64,000 nt of DNA from Heptranchias perlo. Its lineage: Eukaryota. The notes beneath the pieces were generated by a model. The model was not told the origin of the DNA. It worked only from the letters and a program-made list of their open reading frames with translations, and did no database searches. This document shows, one piece after another, positions 35,907 to 48,499 of this stretch. The stretch covers positions 372,001 through 436,000 of the forward strand of contig NW_027139242.1 in the NCBI RefSeq assembly GCF_035084215.1, given 5' to 3'. Position numbers and translations under genes: made by a program. Every line of letters starts with the position of its first letter. Within the stretch, counting starts at the first letter, position 1.

Positions 35907-37780
35907 CAAAAGAGTATGAAAAGAAACTCTCAAGGGATATCAAAACCAATACGAAGAACTTTTATAGTTATATTAGGTAAAAGAGGGTGGTCAGGAGCAG
36001 TGTTGGCCCCTTAAAAACTGAAAGTGGGGATATTGTCATTGACAATGGGGAAATGGTGGACATGTTGAATAATTACTTTGCGTCAGTATTTACAGTAGAA
36101 AAAGAGGATAGCATGCCGGAAATCCCAAGAAAACTAATATTGAATCAGGGACAGGGACTCGATAAAATTAACATAAGTAAAACAACAGTAATGAAGAAAA
36201 TAATAGCACTAAAGAGTGACAAATCCCCAGGACCAGATGGTTTCCATCCCAGGGTTTTAAAGGAAGGAGGTGAGCACATTGCAGATGCCCTAACTATAAT
36301 CTTTCAAAGTTCTCTAGATTCAGGAACTGTCCCTCTAGATTGGAAAATTGCACGTCACTCCGCTTTTTAAGAAAGGAGAGAGAGGGAAACCGGGGAATTA
36401 TAGACCAGTTAGCCTAACATCTGTTGTGGGGAAAATGCTGGAGTCTATAATTAAGGATAGGGTGACTGAACACCTCGAGAATTTTCAGTTAATCAGAGAG
36501 AGCCAGCATGGATTTGTGAAAGGTAGGTCATGCCTGACAAACCTGATTGAATTTTTTTTGAAGAGGTGACTAAAGTAGTGGATAGGGGAATGTCAATGGA
36601 TGTTATTTATATGGACTTCCAGAAGGCATTTGATAAAGTCCCACATAAGAGACTGTTAGCTAAGTTAGAAGCCCATGGAATCGAGGGAAAAGTACGGACT
36701 TGGTTAGGAAGTTGGCTGAGCGAAAGGCGACAGAGAATAGGGATAATGGGAAGGTACTCACATTGGCAGGATGTGACTAGTGGAGTCCTGCAGGGACCTC
36801 AATTATTCACAATATTTATTAACGACTTAGATGAAGGCATAGAAAGTCTCATATCTAAGTTTGCCGATGACACAAAGATTGGTGGCATTGTAAGCAGTGT
36901 GGATGAAAACATGAAATTACAAAGCGATAGTGATAGATTAGGTGAATGGGCAAAACTGTGGCAAATGGAATTCAATGTAGACAAATGTGAGGTCATCCAC
37001 TTTGGATCAAAAAAGGATAGAACAGGGTACTTTCTAAATGGTTAAAAAGTTAAAAAACAGTGGATGTCCAAAGGGACTTAGGGGTTCAGGTACATAGATC
37101 ATTGAAGTGTCATGAACAGGTGCAGAAAATAATCAAGAAGGCTAATGGAATGTTGGCCTTTATATCCAGAGGACTAGAGTACAAGGGGGCAGAAGTTATG
37201 CTGCAGCTATACAAAACCCTGGTCAAACCACACCTGGAGTCCTGTGAGCAGATCTGGACACCGCACCTTCGGAAGGACATATTGGCCTTGGAGGGAGCGC
37301 AGTGTAGGTTTACTAGAATGATACCCGGACTTCAAGGGTTAAGTTACGAGGAGAGGTTATACAAATTGGGGTTGTATTCTCTGGAGTTTCGAAGGTTAAG
37401 GGGTGATCTGATCGAAGTTTATAAGATATTAAGGGGAACGGATAGGGTGGATAGAGAGAAACTATTTCCGCTGGTTGGGGATTCTAGGAGTAGGGGGCAC
37501 AGTCTAAAAATTAGAGCCAGACCTTTCAGGAGCGAGATTAGAAAACATTTCTACACACAAAGGGTGGTAGGAGTTTGGAACTCTCTTCCGCAAACGGCAA
37601 TTGATACTAGCTCAATTGCTAAATTTAAATCTGAGATAGATAGCTTTTTGGCAACCAAAGGTATTAAGGGATATGGGCCAAAGGCAGGTATATGGAGTTA
37701 GATCACAGATCAGCCATGATCTTATCAAATGGCGGAGCAGGCACGAGGGGCTGAATGGCCTACTCATGATCCTATGTTCC
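35907..37780 (+). mobile_element. Young CR1 LINE ('family C') in ESS2 intron 1
   Basis: KSPGPDGFHPRVLKE to GIKGYGPKAGIWS; nearly identical to copies at 49642-50760 and 57200-57658. Confidence 0.92.
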
Positions 37781-38059
37781 GATATTCAAAAAGTGGAGGG
37801 CAGCCCAGGATTGTAATATTAAATAAAACAGATCTCACAACAACCTGTTTTACTGTTTTGACTTGTGATGTTGAACTGCTTCTCCCAGAAAACCGTGTGT
37901 AGCAGCAAGGACTATCCATTCAGCATAGACACAGGGGTCCCCACAGGGAGGGGAGAGGGGGGGGGGGTGGGGAGGGGAGAAGGGGAGGGGAGAGGGGAGG
38001 GGGGAGGGAGGGAGGGGAGGGGGAGGGAGGGGGAGCCTGACCTCTAACCTGCCCCTTAC

Positions 38060-38197
38060 CCCGATGTACGATTCCTCATCCAGGACCCGTTTCCTCGGCC
38101 GGCCGTTCCCGGGCCCCGGACTTTCCTTGTTTACGGCAACCGCTCGGCTCTCTGTGTCGATGTCCCCGCTCCACAGGCCCTTTCCCTCGGTCCCCAT
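38060..38197 (-). CDS. ESS2: ESS2 exon 1 (spliceosome-associated protein, DGCR14); spliced CDS 1425 nt, 474 aa
   Basis: MGTEGK...RKRVLDEESYIG|gtaagg; all ten exons join in frame with GT-AG boundaries. Confidence 0.92.
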
Positions 38198-38244
38198 CCC
38201 ACAGCCCGCGTCTCCCCACCGTCTCTCCCGACACAGGCCTGAGC

Positions 38245-38360
38245 TCACAGTGCGCCTGCGCGGCGCCGCACAGCATCGCGGGAAATGTAGTCCATGCTTC
38301 CCGGCAGCCCCCGCGGCCTCGGGTCAGGGGTCACACAGCCTCCGAGCGCCATTTTCCCGG
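38245..38360 (-). promoter_or_regulatory. ESS2 housekeeping CpG promoter with NRF1, ZNF143/THAP11 and YY1 motifs
   Basis: TGCGCCTGCGC at 38251-38261; ACTACATTTCCC on minus at 38280-38291; CGCCATTTT at 38347-38355. Confidence 0.75.
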
Positions 38361-39777
38361 GGATCCTGTTCCCGGCGCCCGAGGCACCGGAGTTAGTGGC
38401 CGCCTCAACTCTGATATTTGGAGGGGAGGGGGGGTGGAGGGGGAGGGGGGGTGGGAGGGGGGGTGGGTGGGGGGGGAGGGGGAGGGGGAGGGGGAGGGGG
38501 GGTGGGGGGAGAGTGGGCTCGGGTGGGGGGGGGAGAGTGGGCTCGGCCTGTCTCCAGATAGTCTTTGACCAGGTAAGGAGTGAGTACACGAGCTTCAGTT
38601 TTCTGTTGAGTGTTGGTGTGTGAGAAACACCTTTCTGGTGATGAAGCCTGTGATCCTGTGATCCCTGTTTGTACTGTTACCCGTTGAGTGTTAAATGAAT
38701 GTGGTTGTTGATGTGTTGGTCTGAGGGTGTATTCATGCACTGACTTGCGTGATGTGGTGGTGTGATATTTTGCAGTAAGCAATGACCAATGTCGTCTCAC
38801 TGCCTTTACTCAAATATTGGGCCAGTCAGGCCACATTCTGGCCCACCTCTGGGAATGGCCAGTGACACTGGGCCCAGGGTAAAATCCTCAAAACATAACC
38901 TGGACCCCCTGTCGCAAGAGTCAGTACCTGATCTCAGTCAGATCAATGAGCCAGACATCAAAAGCAAACATCAGCTTGTATCATTTGACACTACAATAGG
39001 GACAGGGCAGCAGATATACAGAAGGATTTAGATCAGTTATGGAACTGGGCAGATAAATGGCAAATGAAGTTTAACACTGAATAATGCAAAGTACTGCAAA
39101 TTGAGCAGATAGCACTCATCACTGCCAGACACTGATTGCAACAGAATGAGCACAGGGACACTGACAGGGAGCTAGGGGTGACCAGATCCAACATAACCAG
39201 CACAGTGGGTAGAAGTCAATGATTATATCAAGGCTTTATAATGCACAGGGCGCACCTCACTCAGACATTCTCATCATGCTTCAAGAGAAACATTGAAGCA
39301 ATGCAGAGCAAGAAGACTGATCCAATGCTGAGCTCTGAGGATTAGAGAACGTCAAGCTCCAAAATCCAGAGAGAAAACAGTTAACGGGGAATTCTCATGA
39401 AGTACATGGGATATGAAATGGAATAGATAAGGTGAACCCAGATTTTAACTTCGGAGTAAGTCAGGTCAGTAAGACGAGTATATAAGTTTAAATTAGTGAA
39501 ATTCAAAGATATTGGATATATTGGGATGAGGAAGTCACCAATGTTTCCCTCTCCGATCATTATTGGAAGGAGCACATGTCAGCTGAGGATCCGATTGGGC
39601 TCAGTTGTGATGCTTTCAATAGATGAATATCCAGGCTTACACTTGAAGGCTGCTTGGTTGGGGTACTGGGGGACCTGCCCGAAGCTCTGGAGCTTTTAAC
39701 CCAGCAAAAGACAGGGGAACAACTCAGGAAAATAAGACACACAAAGAACAGAGTTGGAATGCCTTTCATAGATCACA

Positions 39778-39783
39778 TTTATT
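39778..39783 (-). terminator. Candidate GSC2 polyadenylation signal
   Basis: First AATAAA seen on the minus strand downstream of the GSC2 stop. Confidence 0.5.
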
Positions 39784-39829
39784 CATAAAACTGAGCACGA
39801 GAAGGAGGGGGAGCTGCGTAGGGTTACAC

Positions 39830-40714
39830 AGGAGGGGGTGTGATCAGGGTGGGGGTGTACAGGAGAGGGTGTGATCAGGGTGGGGGTGTACAGGAGAGGG
39901 TGTGATCAGGGTGGGGGTGTACGGGAGGCGGTGTGATCAGGGTGGGGGTGTACGGGAGGCGGTGTGATCAGGGTGGGGGTGTACGGGAGGGGGTGTGATC
40001 AGGGTCGGGGTGTACGGGAGGGGGTGTGATCAGGGTCGGGGTGTACGGGAGGGGGTGTGATCAGGGTCGGGGTGTACGGGAGGGGGTGTGATCAGGGTGG
40101 GGGTGTACGGGAGGGGGTGTGATCAGGGTCGGGGTGTATGGGAGGGGGTGTGATCAGGGAGGGGGCGTGATCAGGGTGGGGGTGTACAGGAGGGGGTGTG
40201 ATCAGGGTGGGGGTGTACAGGAGAGGGTGTGATCAGGGTGGGGGTGTACAGGAGAGGGTGTGATCAGGGTGGGGGCGTACGGGAGGCGGTGTGATCAGGG
40301 TGGGGGTGTACGGGAGGGGGTGTGATCAGGGTCGGGGTGTACGGGAGGCGGTGTGATCAGGGTGGGGGTGTACGGGAGGGGGTGTGATCAGGGTGGGGGT
40401 GTACGGGAGGGGGTGTGATCAGGGTGGGGGTGTACAGGAGGGGGTGTGATCAGGGTGGGGGTGTACGGGAGGGGGTGTGATCAGGGTGGGGGTGTACGGG
40501 AGGGGGTGTGATCAGGGTGGGGGTGTACGGGAGGGGGTGTGATCAGGGTCGGGGTGTACGGGAGGGGGTGTGATCAGGGTCGGGGTGTACGGGAGGGGGT
40601 GTGATCAGGGTCGGGGTGTACGGGAGGGGGTGTGATCAGGGTCGGGGTGTACGGGAGGGGGTGTGATCAGGGTGGGGGTGTACGGGAGGGGGTGTGATCA
40701 GGGTCGGGGTGTAC
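39830..40714. repeat. G-rich minisatellite of about 30 bp (GTGTGATCAGGGTSGGGGTGTACRGGAGGGG)
   Basis: Tandem array starting about 20 nt after the GSC2 stop codon. Confidence 0.95.
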
Positions 40715-40734
40715 AGCAGTTCCATGTCTTCGGT

Positions 40735-40821
40735 TTAAGTCTGCATCGTATCTTTTTCTGTTGGTTGGGGTGAGGTTCGATTCTGTCGCCTCCATTTTGC
40801 TCTTCGGTTTTTGAACCAGAC
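40735..40821 (-). CDS. GSC2: GSC2 exon 3 (homeodomain helix 3, K50)
   Basis: ttgacag|VWFKNRRAKWRRQNRTSPQPTEKDTMQT*; not present in the ORF track. Confidence 0.92.
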   Translation of the reverse strand, partial: VWFKNRRAKWRRQNRTSPQPTEKDTMQT

Positions 40822-41466
40822 CTGTCAATAAACACCAGAATGAAACTGGCTGGACAGCAGCACATTGCCCCTCCCTGCCAATAGCCAGAGGACTTGAGGG
40901 GCAGCCCAGGAACCTGCCTGATACAAGTGTTATCCAGCATGTGGTGTGGTGAGGTCAGCAATCCTGTTTCTGTCGCTGTCTGAGGGTCTGAATAAGGGGA
41001 GCATGCAGTGTCTTCATTGTTCATTGCCGACCTGTCACGACCATACAGCACAGAGAAGAATAAGCTGTTCGTGGGCAATCATCGGGCAGTCATCAGGTAG
41101 CAATCAGGGTGGTAATCAAATAATAAAATGGCATCTCAGTTGGAAATTGGACACCAATAATGGTAATCAGGCAGCAATCAGACAGAAATCAGAAAATAAC
41201 ACTGATGATGATAAGATCACGACAGAGGGGAAAGGCCAATCGTCCCATCTCAGTTCACCCATCCAGGAACACACTACAGTCTTCCCATTGCAGCATCCAA
41301 TTGGATTTTAAATGATTCAAGAGCTTTCATCTCCACCTCTGTATCTGGGAACCCATTCCATGTATCGATCACTCTGTGCGAACAACTTCCTGAAATCACC
41401 TTTTACCAACTCCAACCTCTGATCCTTTGTATAATTCTCACAATTTAAACTCATTTCTGGCTATAT

Positions 41467-41915
41467 GTCAGCCGTGGCTCAGTGAGTAGAACTCTCGGCT
41501 CTGTGTCAGAAGGTCGTGTGTTCGTGCCCCACTCCAGAGACTTGAGCCCATAATCCAGGCTGACACTCCAGTACAGTACTGAGGGAGTGCTGCACTGTCG
41601 GAGGTGCCGTCTTTCAAATGAGACATTAAACTGAAGCCCCGTCTGCCCTCTCAGATGGACGGGAAAGATCCCATGGCAATATTTCAAAGAAGAGCAGCAG
41701 ACTTCTCTTGGCCAATATTTATCCCTCAACTGACATCACTAGAAACAGATTGCCTGGACATTATTTCATTACTGTTTGTGGGATTTTACTGTGGGCAAAT
41801 TGGCAGCTGTATTTCATACTTTACAACAGTGACTACACTTCAAAAGTAATTGGTAGTAAAGCACTTTGGAATGTCTTGAGAATATGAAAAGCGTTTTATG
41901 GATGCAAGTCTTTAT
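41467..41915 (+). mobile_element. tRNA-derived Deu-domain SINE (SacSINE1-like) with an L2-type tail
   Basis: A box TGGCTCAGTGAG at 41475, B box GTTCGTGCCC at 41520, Deu-like core GTGCTGCACTGTCGGAGGTGCCGTCTTTC...AAAGATCCCATGGCA, tail ending ATGCAAGT. Family name is from recall. Confidence 0.8.
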
Positions 41916-44870
41916 TTCATCCTTTTTTCTTTCTGGAGTCGGGTTAGGAGCGAGGGGTCAGGATTGAGGGATGACAGGGTTGTCCAATGAGGAGACGTTG
42001 AGTAGAATGGACCTATACTCTTTGGAGTTTAGAAGAATGAGAGGTGATCTCAATGAACCATACAAGATTCTGAGGGGGTTTGACAGGGTCAATGCTGAGA
42101 GGCTGTTTCCCCTGGCTGGAGAGAATAGAACTAGGGGGCATAGTCTCAGGATAAGGGGTCGGCCATTTAGGACTGAGATGAGAAGGAATTTCTTCACTCA
42201 AGGGTTGTGAATCTTTGGAATTGGAATTCTCTACTCCAGAGGGCTGTGGATGCTCAGCCGTTGATTATTTTCAAGACTGAGATCGATAGATTTTTGGACT
42301 CTAAGGGAATCATAGAAATCATTGAATCATAGAAAGGTTACAGCATGGAAGGAGGCCATTCTCCCCATTGAATCCATGCTGGCTCTCTGTAAGAGCAATC
42401 CAGCTAGTCCCACTCCCCCGCCCTTTCCCCGTAGCCCTGCAAATTTTTTCCTTTCAAGTACTTATCCAGTTCCCTTTTGAAGGCCATGATTGAATCTGCC
42501 TCCACCACCCCCTCGGGCAGTGCATTCCAGATCCTAACCACTCGCTGTGTAAAAAAGTTTTTCCTCATGTCACCTTTGGTTCTTTTGCCAATCACCTTAA
42601 ATCTATGTCCTCTGGTTCTTGACCCTTCTGCCAATGGGAAAAGTTTCTCTCTGTCTAGACCCTTCATGAATTTGAATACCTCTATCAAATCTCCTCGCAA
42701 CCATCTCTGTTCCAAGGAGAACAACCCCAGCTTCTCCATTCTATCCATGTACCTGATGTTCCTCATCCTTGGAGTCATTATAGTAAATCTCTTCTGCACC
42801 CTCTCTAAGGCAATATCCCTATTCAAGGGATATGGGGATCGGGTGGGAAATTGCAGTTGAGGTCGAAGATCAGCCATACGAATTAAGAGCAGGAGTCGGC
42901 CATTCGGCCCCTCAAGCCTGCTCTGCCATTAGATAAGATCATGGCTGATCTGATTGCGACCTCAACCCTACTTTCCTGTCTATCTGCTATAACCTTTGAC
43001 TCCCTTGTTAATCAGGAATCTATCTAACTCAGCCTTAAAAATATTGAATGACCCTGCCTCCACCCCTCTCTGGGGAAGGGAATTCCACTGACTCACGACC
43101 CTCTGAGAAAAAATTTCTCCTCATCTGTGTCTTAAATGGGAGACCCCTTATTTTTAAACTGTGGCTCCTAGTTCTAGTCTCTCCCACAAGGGGAAACATC
43201 CTCTCAGCATCTACCCCTTCTAGTCCCCTCAGGATCTTATATGTTTCAATAAGATCACCTCTCATTCTTCTAAACTCCAGTGTATACAGGCCCAACTTGT
43301 TCAACCTTTCCTCATAAGATAACCCCCTCATTCCAGGAATCAGATGAGTGAACCTTCTCTCATCCGCCTTTAAAGCAGTTATGTCCTTTCTTAAATAAGG
43401 AGACCAAAACTGCACACAGTATTCTAGATGTGGTCTCACCAATGCCCTGCACAACTGTAGCAAAACATCTCTACTTTTATATTCCATTCGCCTTGCAATA
43501 AATGACAACATTCCATTTGCCTTCCTAATCACTTGCTGTACCTGCATACTAACTTTTTGTGATTCATGTACTAGGACACCCAGAGCCCTCTGTACCTCAG
43601 AGTTCTGCAATCTCTCTCCATTTAAATAATATACTGCTTTTCTATTCCTCCTGCTAAAGTGGACAAGTTTACATTTTCCCACATTGTACTCCATCTGCCA
43701 AATTTTTGCCCACGCACCTATCTATGTCCCTTTGCAGACTCCTTATGTCCTCTTCACAACTTACTTTCCTACCTACCTTTGTGTCATCAGCAAATTTAGC
43801 AACTATACATTCGGTCCCTTCATCCAAGTCATTGATATAGATTGTAAATAGTTGAGGCCCAAGCACTGATCCCTGTGGCACTCCACTCGTTACATCTTGC
43901 CAACCTGAAAATAACCCATTTATGCCTACTCTCTGTTTCCTGTTCGCTAACCAATCCTTTATCCATGCTAATGTTACCCCCTACACCATGAGCTCTTATT
44001 TTGTGTAGCAGCCTTTGATGTGGCACCTTGTCAAAAGCCTCCTGGAAATCCAAGTACACCATATCCACAGGATCCCCTTTATCCACATTGCTTGTTACTT
44101 CCTCAAAGAACTCTAATAAATTAGTCAAACACGATTTCCCTTTCACAAAGCCGTGTTGACTCTGCCTGATTGCATTGAGATTTTCCAAGTGCCCTGTTGT
44201 AACCTCCTTAATAATAGATTCTAGCATTTTCCCTATGACAGATGTTAAGCTAACTGGCCTGTAGTTTCCTGCTTTCTGTCTCCCTCCTTTCTTGAATAGA
44301 GGAGTTACATTCGCTATTTTCCAATCTGATGGGACCTTTCCAGAATCTAGGGAATTTTGGAAAATTAATACCAATGCATCTACTATCTCTGCAGCCACTT
44401 CTTTTAAGACCCTGGGATGAAGTCCGTCAGGACCTGGGGACTTGTCAACTTTCAGTTCTAATAATTTTTTCAGAACCCTTTCCCTGGTGATTGTAAATGT
44501 TTTAAGTTCCTCCCTTTCACCTCTTGATTCACAATTATTTCTGGCATGTTATTTGTCTCCTCTACAGTGAAGAACAGATGCAAAATATCTGTTCAGTTCA
44601 TCCACCATTTCCTTATTCTCCATTAATTCCCCAGACTCACTCTCTAGAGGACCATCACTCACTTTACTTACTCTTTTCCTTTTTAAATACCTGTAGAAAC
44701 TCTTACTATCTGTTTTTATATTTCTAGCCAGCTTTCTCTCGTACTCTGATTTCTCCCTCCTTATTATTCTTTTAGTAGCCATGATGTGGAGATGCCGGTG
44801 ATGGACTGGGGTTGACAATTGTAAGGAATCTTACAACACCAGGTTATAGTCCAACTGTTTTATTTGAAAA

Positions 44871-44907
44871 TCACAAGCTTTCGGAGGCTTTCTCCTTCGT
44901 CAGGTGA
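44871..44907 (-). ncRNA. Minimal hammerhead ribozyme motif
   Basis: UCAC-CUGACGA-A-GGAG(AAAGC)CUCC-GAAA-GCUU-GUGA. Confidence 0.78.
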
Positions 44908-47000
44908 GTGTGGGATTCGGATTCCATGGAAGGTTACCGCATTTATAGTCAGAGAACAATACCTGGTGATTACAGATAATCTTTCCAACTGCCCGTTGTC
45001 AAGGCAATCAAAGTGTTCAGACAGAGTGATGTTACCTACAGGACCACCGAATACACAAACGGCCAGAACAAAAGACAGAGAGAGAAACATCCGAAAGGAA
45101 GAGAAAGACAGAGAATGACCCGTTGTATTAAAAACAGATAACTTTTGTTCGCTGGTGGGGTTACGCGTAGCGTGACATGAACCCAAGATCCCGGTTGAGG
45201 CCGTCCTCATGGGTGCGGAACTTGGCTATCAATTTCTGCTCGACGATTTTGCGTTGTCATGTGTCTCGAAGGCCGCCTTGGAGAACGCTTACCCGAAGAT
45301 CGGTGGCTGAATGTCCTTGACTGCTGAAGTGTTCCCCGACTGGGAGGGAACCCTCCTGTCTGGCAATTGTTGCGCGGTGTCCGTTCATCTGTTGTCGCAG
45401 TGTCTGCATCGTCTCGCCAATGTACCATGCTCCGGGGCATCCTTTCCTGCAATGTATGAGGTAGACAACGTTGGCCGAGTCACAGGAGTATGAACCATGT
45501 ACCTGGTGGGTGGTGTCCTCTCGTGTGATGGTGGTATCTGTGTCGATGATCTGGCATGTCTTGCAGAGGTTGCCGTGACAGGGTTGTGTGGTGTCGTGGA
45601 CGCTGTTCTCCTGAAAGCTGGGTAATTTGCTGCGAACGATGGTCTGTTTGAGGTTGGGTGGCTGTTTAAGGGCGAGTAGTGCAGGTGTGGGGATGGCCAT
45701 AGCGAGGTGTTCGTCATCATCGATGACATGTTGAAGGCTGCGGAGAACATGGCGTAGTTTCTCCGCTCCGGGGAAGTACTGGACGACGAAGGGTACTCTG
45801 TTGGTTGCGTCCCGTGTTAGTCTTCTGAGGAGGTCTATGCGATTTTTCGCTGTGGCCCGTCGGAACTGTCGATCGATGAGTCGAGCGTCATATCCCGTTC
45901 TTACTAGGGCGTCTTTCAGCGTCTGTAGGTGTCCATCGCGTTCCTCCTCGTCTGAGCAGACCCTGTGTATTCGCAGGGCCTGTCCATAGGGGATGGCCTC
46001 TTTGACATGGTTAGGGTGGGAGCTGGAAAAATGGAGCATTGTGAGGTTGTCCGTGGGCTTGCGGTAGAGTGAGGTGCTGAGGTGCCCGTCTTTGATGGGA
46101 GATTCGTGTGTCCAAGAATGAAACCGATTCTGAGGAGTAGTCCATGGTGAGCTTGATGGTGGGATGGAACTTGTTGATGTTATCGTGTAGTCTCTTCAGT
46201 GATTCCTCGCCGTGGGTCCATAGGAAGAAAATGTCGTTGATGTATCTGGTGTATAGCGTTGGTTGGAGGTCCTGTGCAGTGAAGAAGTCCTGCTCGAACT
46301 TGTGCATGAAAATGTTGGCGTATTGGGGTGCGAATTTGGTCCCCATGGCTGTTCCGTGTGTTTGGGTAAAGAACTGGTTGTCGAAGGTGAAGACATTGTG
46401 ATCCAGGATGAAGCGGATGAGTTGTAGGATGGCGTCTGGGGATTGGCTGTTGTTGGTGTTGAGTACTGATGCTGTTGCAGCGATGCCGTCATCGTGGGGG
46501 ATACTGGTGTAGAGTGCCGAGACGTCCATCGTGGTGAGAAGTGTTCCTGGTTCAACTGGTCCGTGGGTGCTGAGTTTTTGTAGGAAGTCTGTAGTGTCGC
46601 GACAGAAGCTGGGAGTTCCCTGTACGATGGGTTTCAGGATGCCCTCGACGTATCCAGAGAGGTTCTCACACAGGGTTCCATTGCCTGATACGATAGGACG
46701 TCCGGGTGTGTTGGCTTTGTGTATCTTAAGGAGGCAGTAGAAGTCTCCCACGCGGGGAGTACATGGGATGAGAGCACGGAGAATGCTTTGAAGGTCTGGA
46801 TCGCAGGTCTTGATCAGTTTGTTGAGCTGGTGGGTGTGTTCCTTGGTCGGATCTGCGGGTAACCGTCTGTAGTGTTCCTGGTTGTCCAGTTGTTGGTATG
46901 CTTCTTTGCAATAGTCCGTTCTGTTCTGTATGATTCTGTCACCAGGTATTGTTCTCTGACTATAAATGCGGTAACCTTCCATGGAATCTGAATCCCACAC

Positions 47001-47037
47001 TCACCTGACGAAGGAGAAAGCCTCCGAAAGCTTGTGA
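47001..47037 (+). ncRNA. Minimal hammerhead ribozyme motif (inverted pLTR copy)
   Basis: TCACCTGACGAAGGAGAAAGCCTCCGAAAGCTTGTGA. Confidence 0.78.
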
Positions 47038-48210
47038 TTTTAAAATAAAACAGTTGGACTATAACCTGGTGTTGTAAGATTCCTTACATTATTCTTTTAG
47101 TCATTCTTGTTTTTTATATTCTGTCCAATCTTCTGACCTGCCACTAATCTTCATGGAATTGCATGCTTTTTCTTTCAATTTGATACTATGAATGGGAGGA
47201 CCCTAGGCAAGACAGAGGGTCAGAGGGATCTTGGTGTGCAAGTTCACAGATCCCTGACGGCGGCGGAACAGGTCGATAAGGTGGTAAAGAAGGCATATGG
47301 GATACTTGCCTTTATTAGCCGAGGCATAGAATATAAGAGCAAGGAGGTTATGATGGAGCTGTATAAAACACTGGTTAGGCCACAGCTGGAGTACTGTGTG
47401 CAGTTCTGGTCGCCACACTGCAGGAAGGATGTGATCGCTTTGGAGAGGGTGCAGAGGAGATTCACCAGGATGTTACCAGGGCTGGAGCGCTTCAGCTATG
47501 AAGAGAGACTGGGAAGATTGGGTTTGTTTTCCTTGGAGCAGAGGAGGCTGAGGGGGGACATGATTGAGGTGTACAAAATTATGAGGGGCACAGATAGGAT
47601 GGATACTAAGGAGCTTTTTCCCTTCATTGAGGGTTCTATAACAAGGGGACATAGATTCAAGGTAAAAGGCGGGAGGTTTAGAGGGGATTTGAGAAAGAAC
47701 TTTTTCACCCAGAGGGTGGTTGGAGTCTGGAACTCACTGCCTGAAAGGGTTGTGGAGGCAGGAACCCTCACAACATTCAAGAAGCATTTGGATGAGCACT
47801 TGAAATGCCATAGCATACAAGGCTACGGACCAAATGCTGGAATATGGGATTAGAGTAGACAGGGCTTGATGGTCGGCGCGGACACGATGGGCCGAAGGAC
47901 CTCTCTCCGTGCTGTATGACTCTATGACTCTCTATGACTATCTTTAACTTCCTTAGTTACCCACGGATGGCCTGTCCTTCCCCTGGAGTCTTTCTTTCTC
48001 ACTGGAATGTATCCAGTGATGTGATTGAATGGCGGAGCAGGCTCGAGGGGGCGTATGACCTACTCCTGCTCCTATTTCTTATGTTCTTATGAGTGAGGGG
48101 TCAGCAGTGGGGGTTGGGAGTGAGGAGACAGGAGGGAGGGGTCAGGGTTGAGTGGAGGGGTCAGGGTTCCCCCAGTTTTCCCTAGGCTCCACACTGCCCA
48201 TGATCCCTAC

Positions 48211-48446
48211 CTCCACTCTCTCCTCCTGTAGATGCACTTGTTCGGCCAGCTGCTCTCGGCTCTCCACATCTGGGTATTGATTGAGCCGGAAGTGCTGCTC
48301 GAGAGTCGCCAGCTGGTCCTCACTGAAGATAGTTCGATGTCGCCGTGTCCGCTTGTGGAGCTGATGAGAAAGGTGCAGCTCTGCCCCCGGCCCAGGTACC
48401 TGCAAGAGAGGAGGGGCCAGTGCCCGGACCCAGTGAGAGTCACACG
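48211..48446 (-). CDS. GSC2: GSC2 exon 2 (homeodomain helices 1-2); acceptor position uncertain
   Basis: [57 protein letters not shown]|gtaggg; phase-1 acceptor gaccag at 48447 chosen to fit exon 1. Confidence 0.85.
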
Positions 48447-48499
48447 CTGGTCCCAGAGTCAGTGTCAGTGCCATTGATACACAGGGAGCCCTGACACAC

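Larger units (their letters stand above)
44781..47088 (-). mobile_element. Penelope-like element family 1 with inverted pLTRs, RT and GIY-YIG
   Basis: KIHKANTPGRPIVS, MDVSALYTSIP, GTAMG, TRYINDIF, VVYLIHC...WYIGET; 150-bp inverted ends; TSD TTATTCTTTTAGT. Confidence 0.95.
41960..48092. mobile_element. Nested CR1 stack in GSC2 intron 2: CR1+ 41960-42877 and 48015-48092; CR1- 42312-42812; CR1- 42878-48015; CR1+ 47188-47940
   Basis: CR1 RT ORFs on both strands; host elements resume after each insertion. Confidence 0.82.

Noticed and set aside
38198-38248. N-terminal extension of ESS2 from the ORF track
   Set aside because: The ORF begins at a non-ATG codon; the ATG at 38197 gives an exon 1 length matching known ESS2.
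41467-41545. tRNA gene
   Set aside because: A and B boxes are the head of a SINE that continues into a Deu-like core and LINE tail.
48211-48446. Assignment to GSC rather than GSC2
   Set aside because: [11 protein letters not shown], the short C-terminus and adjacency to ESS2 fit GSC2; GSC has RKRRHRTIFT and a different neighbourhood.
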